DNA of 60,671 nt, taken from an uncultured Actinomycetes bacterium (GTDB lineage Bacteria > Actinomycetota > Actinomycetes > Nanopelagicales > Nanopelagicaceae). The notes beneath the pieces are model-generated. The model did not search any database and was not told the origin of the DNA. It was given only the letters and a program-made list of their open reading frames with translations. The stretch is from NCBI GenBank assembly GCA_903832395.1, contig CAILBF010000149.1, positions 1-60,671 on the forward strand, in the 5' to 3' direction. Every line of letters begins with the position of its first letter. The stretch's first letter is position 1. A program made the position numbers and the translations under genes. Below, in pieces: positions 58,505-60,671 of this stretch.

Positions 58505-59646
58505 GTGAGGTTTGCCGCCCTTCCACGGGCAATTACATCGGGCAGCACTGACACAACAAAATCACAATCACTCGCCGTACTTGTTGCTCCAAATGAAAAG
58601 CGTAGAGATGACTGCGCAGTTATTTCATTATGACCCATAGCAAGCAGGACATGACTCGCCTCATGTACGCCAGCACTGCATGCAGAGCCCGTTGAACAAG
58701 AGATGTGCTGGGCATCCATGAGCAGCAACAAAGTATCGCTCTGTGTTCCCGGGAAAGTAATATTTACAATTCCAGGTAACCGCTCCGATGCAAGACCATT
58801 TATTACTGCATCTGGAATCAAGGATTGCACCGCGGATATGAATCGATCGCGTAATTGCGCCACTGCGCCAGCGTTGTAATGTGAACTTGCTGCCGCTGCT
58901 GCAAAGCCAACTATGCCGGGGGCATTTAATGTACCGCTTCGTATTTCGCGCTCTTGTCCCCCACCGTGTAAAAGAGATGGAATCTCAACTGTGCGTTTTA
59001 ATATTAGTGCGCCGATTCCGAGGGGGCCGCCAATCTTATGGGCGCTAATAGTCATTGCGGTAACACCCATTTGAGCAAATGACAGAAGCGTCTTCTTAAA
59101 ACTCTGTACCGCATCTGTGTGTACTGGTATCTCGCCAGCAATTGCAACTACATCAGCAATTGGTTGTAAAACTCCGGTTTCATTATTTGAGTGCATCACA
59201 GAGATAACTGCGATTTCATCTCCGCGAGATTCAACTAAACTCTTGAGAAAAGCCAGATCGATGATTCCATCGATATTTACTGGGATTTCAATTACTTCTG
59301 CCGACTCGTGTTCTGCTAGCCAATGTGCTGGATCTAAAATCGCATGGTGCTCAATACTTGAAATTACAACGACATGCTTTCCTTTATCGCGTCCAGCCCA
59401 GTACAAACCTTTCAGTGCAATATTATTTGCCTCTGTTCCGGAGGCGGTAAAAATAACTTCACTCGGCAAGGAACCTAGCTCTTTAGCAAGAGCTTCCCGG
59501 GCATCTTCAAGGGTTTTCCGTGTTGCACGGCCATGCGTATGCAGACTTGAAGGATTGCCTAACTGTGCCAACTGCGCCGTCATCGCAAGAAGTGCGCTTT
59601 CGACCATCGGCGTTGTTGCCGCATGGTCGGCATAGATCGATGACAT
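58501..59646 (-). CDS. Cysteine desulfurase (IscS-like)
   Basis: [22 protein letters not shown] and STGSACSAG motifs; start refined to leaderless ATG 59646. Confidence 0.92.
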   Translation of the reverse strand: MSSIYADHAATTPMVESALLAMTAQLAQLGNPSSLHTHGRATRKTLEDAREALAKELGSLPSEVIFTASGTEANNIALKGLYWAGRDKGKHVVVISSIEHHAILDPAHWLAEHESAEVIEIPVNIDGIIDLAFLKSLVESRGDEIAVISVMHSNNETGVLQPIADVVAIAGEIPVHTDAVQSFKKTLLSFAQMGVTAMTISAHKIGGPLGIGALILKRTVEIPSLLHGGGQEREIRSGTLNAPGIVGFAAAAASSHYNAGAVAQLRDRFISAVQSLIPDAVINGLASERLPGIVNITFPGTQSDTLLLLMDAQHISCSTGSACSAGVHEASHVLLAMGHNEITAQSSLRFSFGATSTASDCDFVVSVLPDVIARGRAANLT

Positions 59647-59656
59647 AGGTCTAATC

Positions 59657-60610
59657 CTATGACTTGCGCGCGTTAACACCCTCCGTGGCCTTTGGTAGCA
59701 CCGCAAAGAGATCGCCAATTACGCCAAAATCTGCGAGCTCGAAGAGAGGAGCCTCAGGATCTTTGTTAATGACCACGATGGCCTTACTTGTCTGCATGCC
59801 AGCTCGATGTTGAATTGCGCCAGAGATTCCACATGCAACATATAACTGCGGACTAACTGTTTTTCCAGTCTGTCCAACTTGGTGTGAGTGCGGGTACCAA
59901 CCAGCATCAGTTGCCGCACGCGATGCTCCAACGGCTGCACCAAGTGAATCTGCAAAGGCTTCAACTGCACCAAAATCTCCGTTGGTTCCACGTCCACCTG
60001 AAACAATGATATTTGCTTCAGTCAATTCTGGACGTCCACCTTGCACTGGAGGTTCTGATGATGTAACTATTGCCTTTTTTGAACTCTCTGATATTTCAAA
60101 AACTGCATTTTCAACTGTTGGTGTTCCAGTATTGGTGTTTGCCTCAACTGTGTTGGGGCGAAGGGTAATTATTGGTGTCCCGTGTGAGACCTTTGAATGA
60201 ACGGTAGTTGATCCACCAAAAACAACTTGAGTGGCGGTAGCATCATCACTTACATCAACTGCATCAGTAATAATTCCTGAATTACATTTCACGGCGACTC
60301 TTGCGGCAACCTCTTTGCCAAATGCATGGGAAGCGATCAAAAGGGCTTTCGGATTTTTAGTAGCGATAATTTGAGCAAGCACATCGGCGGCTGCAGAGAC
60401 GCCATAAGTTATAAAACTATCGGATTCGACAACTAGTACATGGGTAATCGATCCATGCGTTAGCTCTGATGCATAACTAGCGCCAAGGCCGCTTGGGGCA
60501 AGTACAACTGCAGTTACTTCACCCATCCGCGAAGCTGCCGTTGCAAGTTCTGCCGTAGTTTTAGTTACTTTAGCTCCAATAAAATCGGCCAGAATTAACA
60601 CGCTGCTCAT
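59657..60610 (-). CDS. etfA: Electron transfer flavoprotein alpha subunit
   Basis: VSGGRG, GASRAA.DAGW, QVGQTGK and GISGAIQH motifs. Confidence 0.96.
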   Translation of the reverse strand: MSSVLILADFIGAKVTKTTAELATAASRMGEVTAVVLAPSGLGASYASELTHGSITHVLVVESDSFITYGVSAAADVLAQIIATKNPKALLIASHAFGKEVAARVAVKCNSGIITDAVDVSDDATATQVVFGGSTTVHSKVSHGTPIITLRPNTVEANTNTGTPTVENAVFEISESSKKAIVTSSEPPVQGGRPELTEANIIVSGGRGTNGDFGAVEAFADSLGAAVGASRAATDAGWYPHSHQVGQTGKTVSPQLYVACGISGAIQHRAGMQTSKAIVVINKDPEAPLFELADFGVIGDLFAVLPKATEGVNARKS

Positions 60611-60671
60611 ATCAACTTCCTCTCTGCTAAAAACTCAACAAGTTTTTCTGCTCCAGTGCCGTCATCGGTGA
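60607..60671 (-). CDS. etfB: Electron transfer flavoprotein beta subunit, C-terminal fragment
   Basis: Manual translation TDDGTGAEKLVEFLAERKLI-stop; the TGA overlaps the etfA ATG. Confidence 0.8.
   Translation of the reverse strand, partial: TDDGTGAEKLVEFLAERKLI

Noticed and set aside
59117-59635. 172-aa plus-strand ORF and the many other short antisense ORFs in the track
   Set aside because: They lie opposite well-supported genes and carry no motifs, as expected for codon-pattern shadows

Overview
Actinobacterial DNA of moderate GC. The compact, often leaderless core genes resemble those of streamlined freshwater Nanopelagicales/acI genomes, but that is inference and was not tested. The right ~7 kb is housekeeping, all on the minus strand: etfB end, etfA, cysteine desulfurase, mnmA, ligA, a 40-aa membrane protein, nadD, rsfS, a histidine phosphatase and tRNA-Ala(GGC). 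Left of the tRNA 3' end is a >53 kb accessory catabolic island. It carries genes for two actinobacterial redox cofactors: F420 (cofD, cofC, npdG, continuing off the left edge) and mycofactocin (mftABCDEF, with a divergent mftR-mftG pair and a palindromic operator). It also encodes two ABC importers, an MFS, a class III aminotransferase, an FAD amine oxidase-like protein, four ALDHs, two NDMA-type Zn-ADHs, F420-type LLM and PPOX proteins, two CoA ligases, three CoA-transferases, two heteromeric acyl-CoA dehydrogenase pairs, an Ltp2/DUF35-like pair, MmgE/PrpD and a Pro1 tautomerase. A degenerate 16-bp TTGT-N8-ACAA box recurs 22-24 nt upstream of a -10-like hexamer in nine promoters, often with a second box about 31 bp away. 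The best copy lies over the pucR promoter, which suggests one island-wide PucR regulon. The substrate cannot be determined from the sequence.
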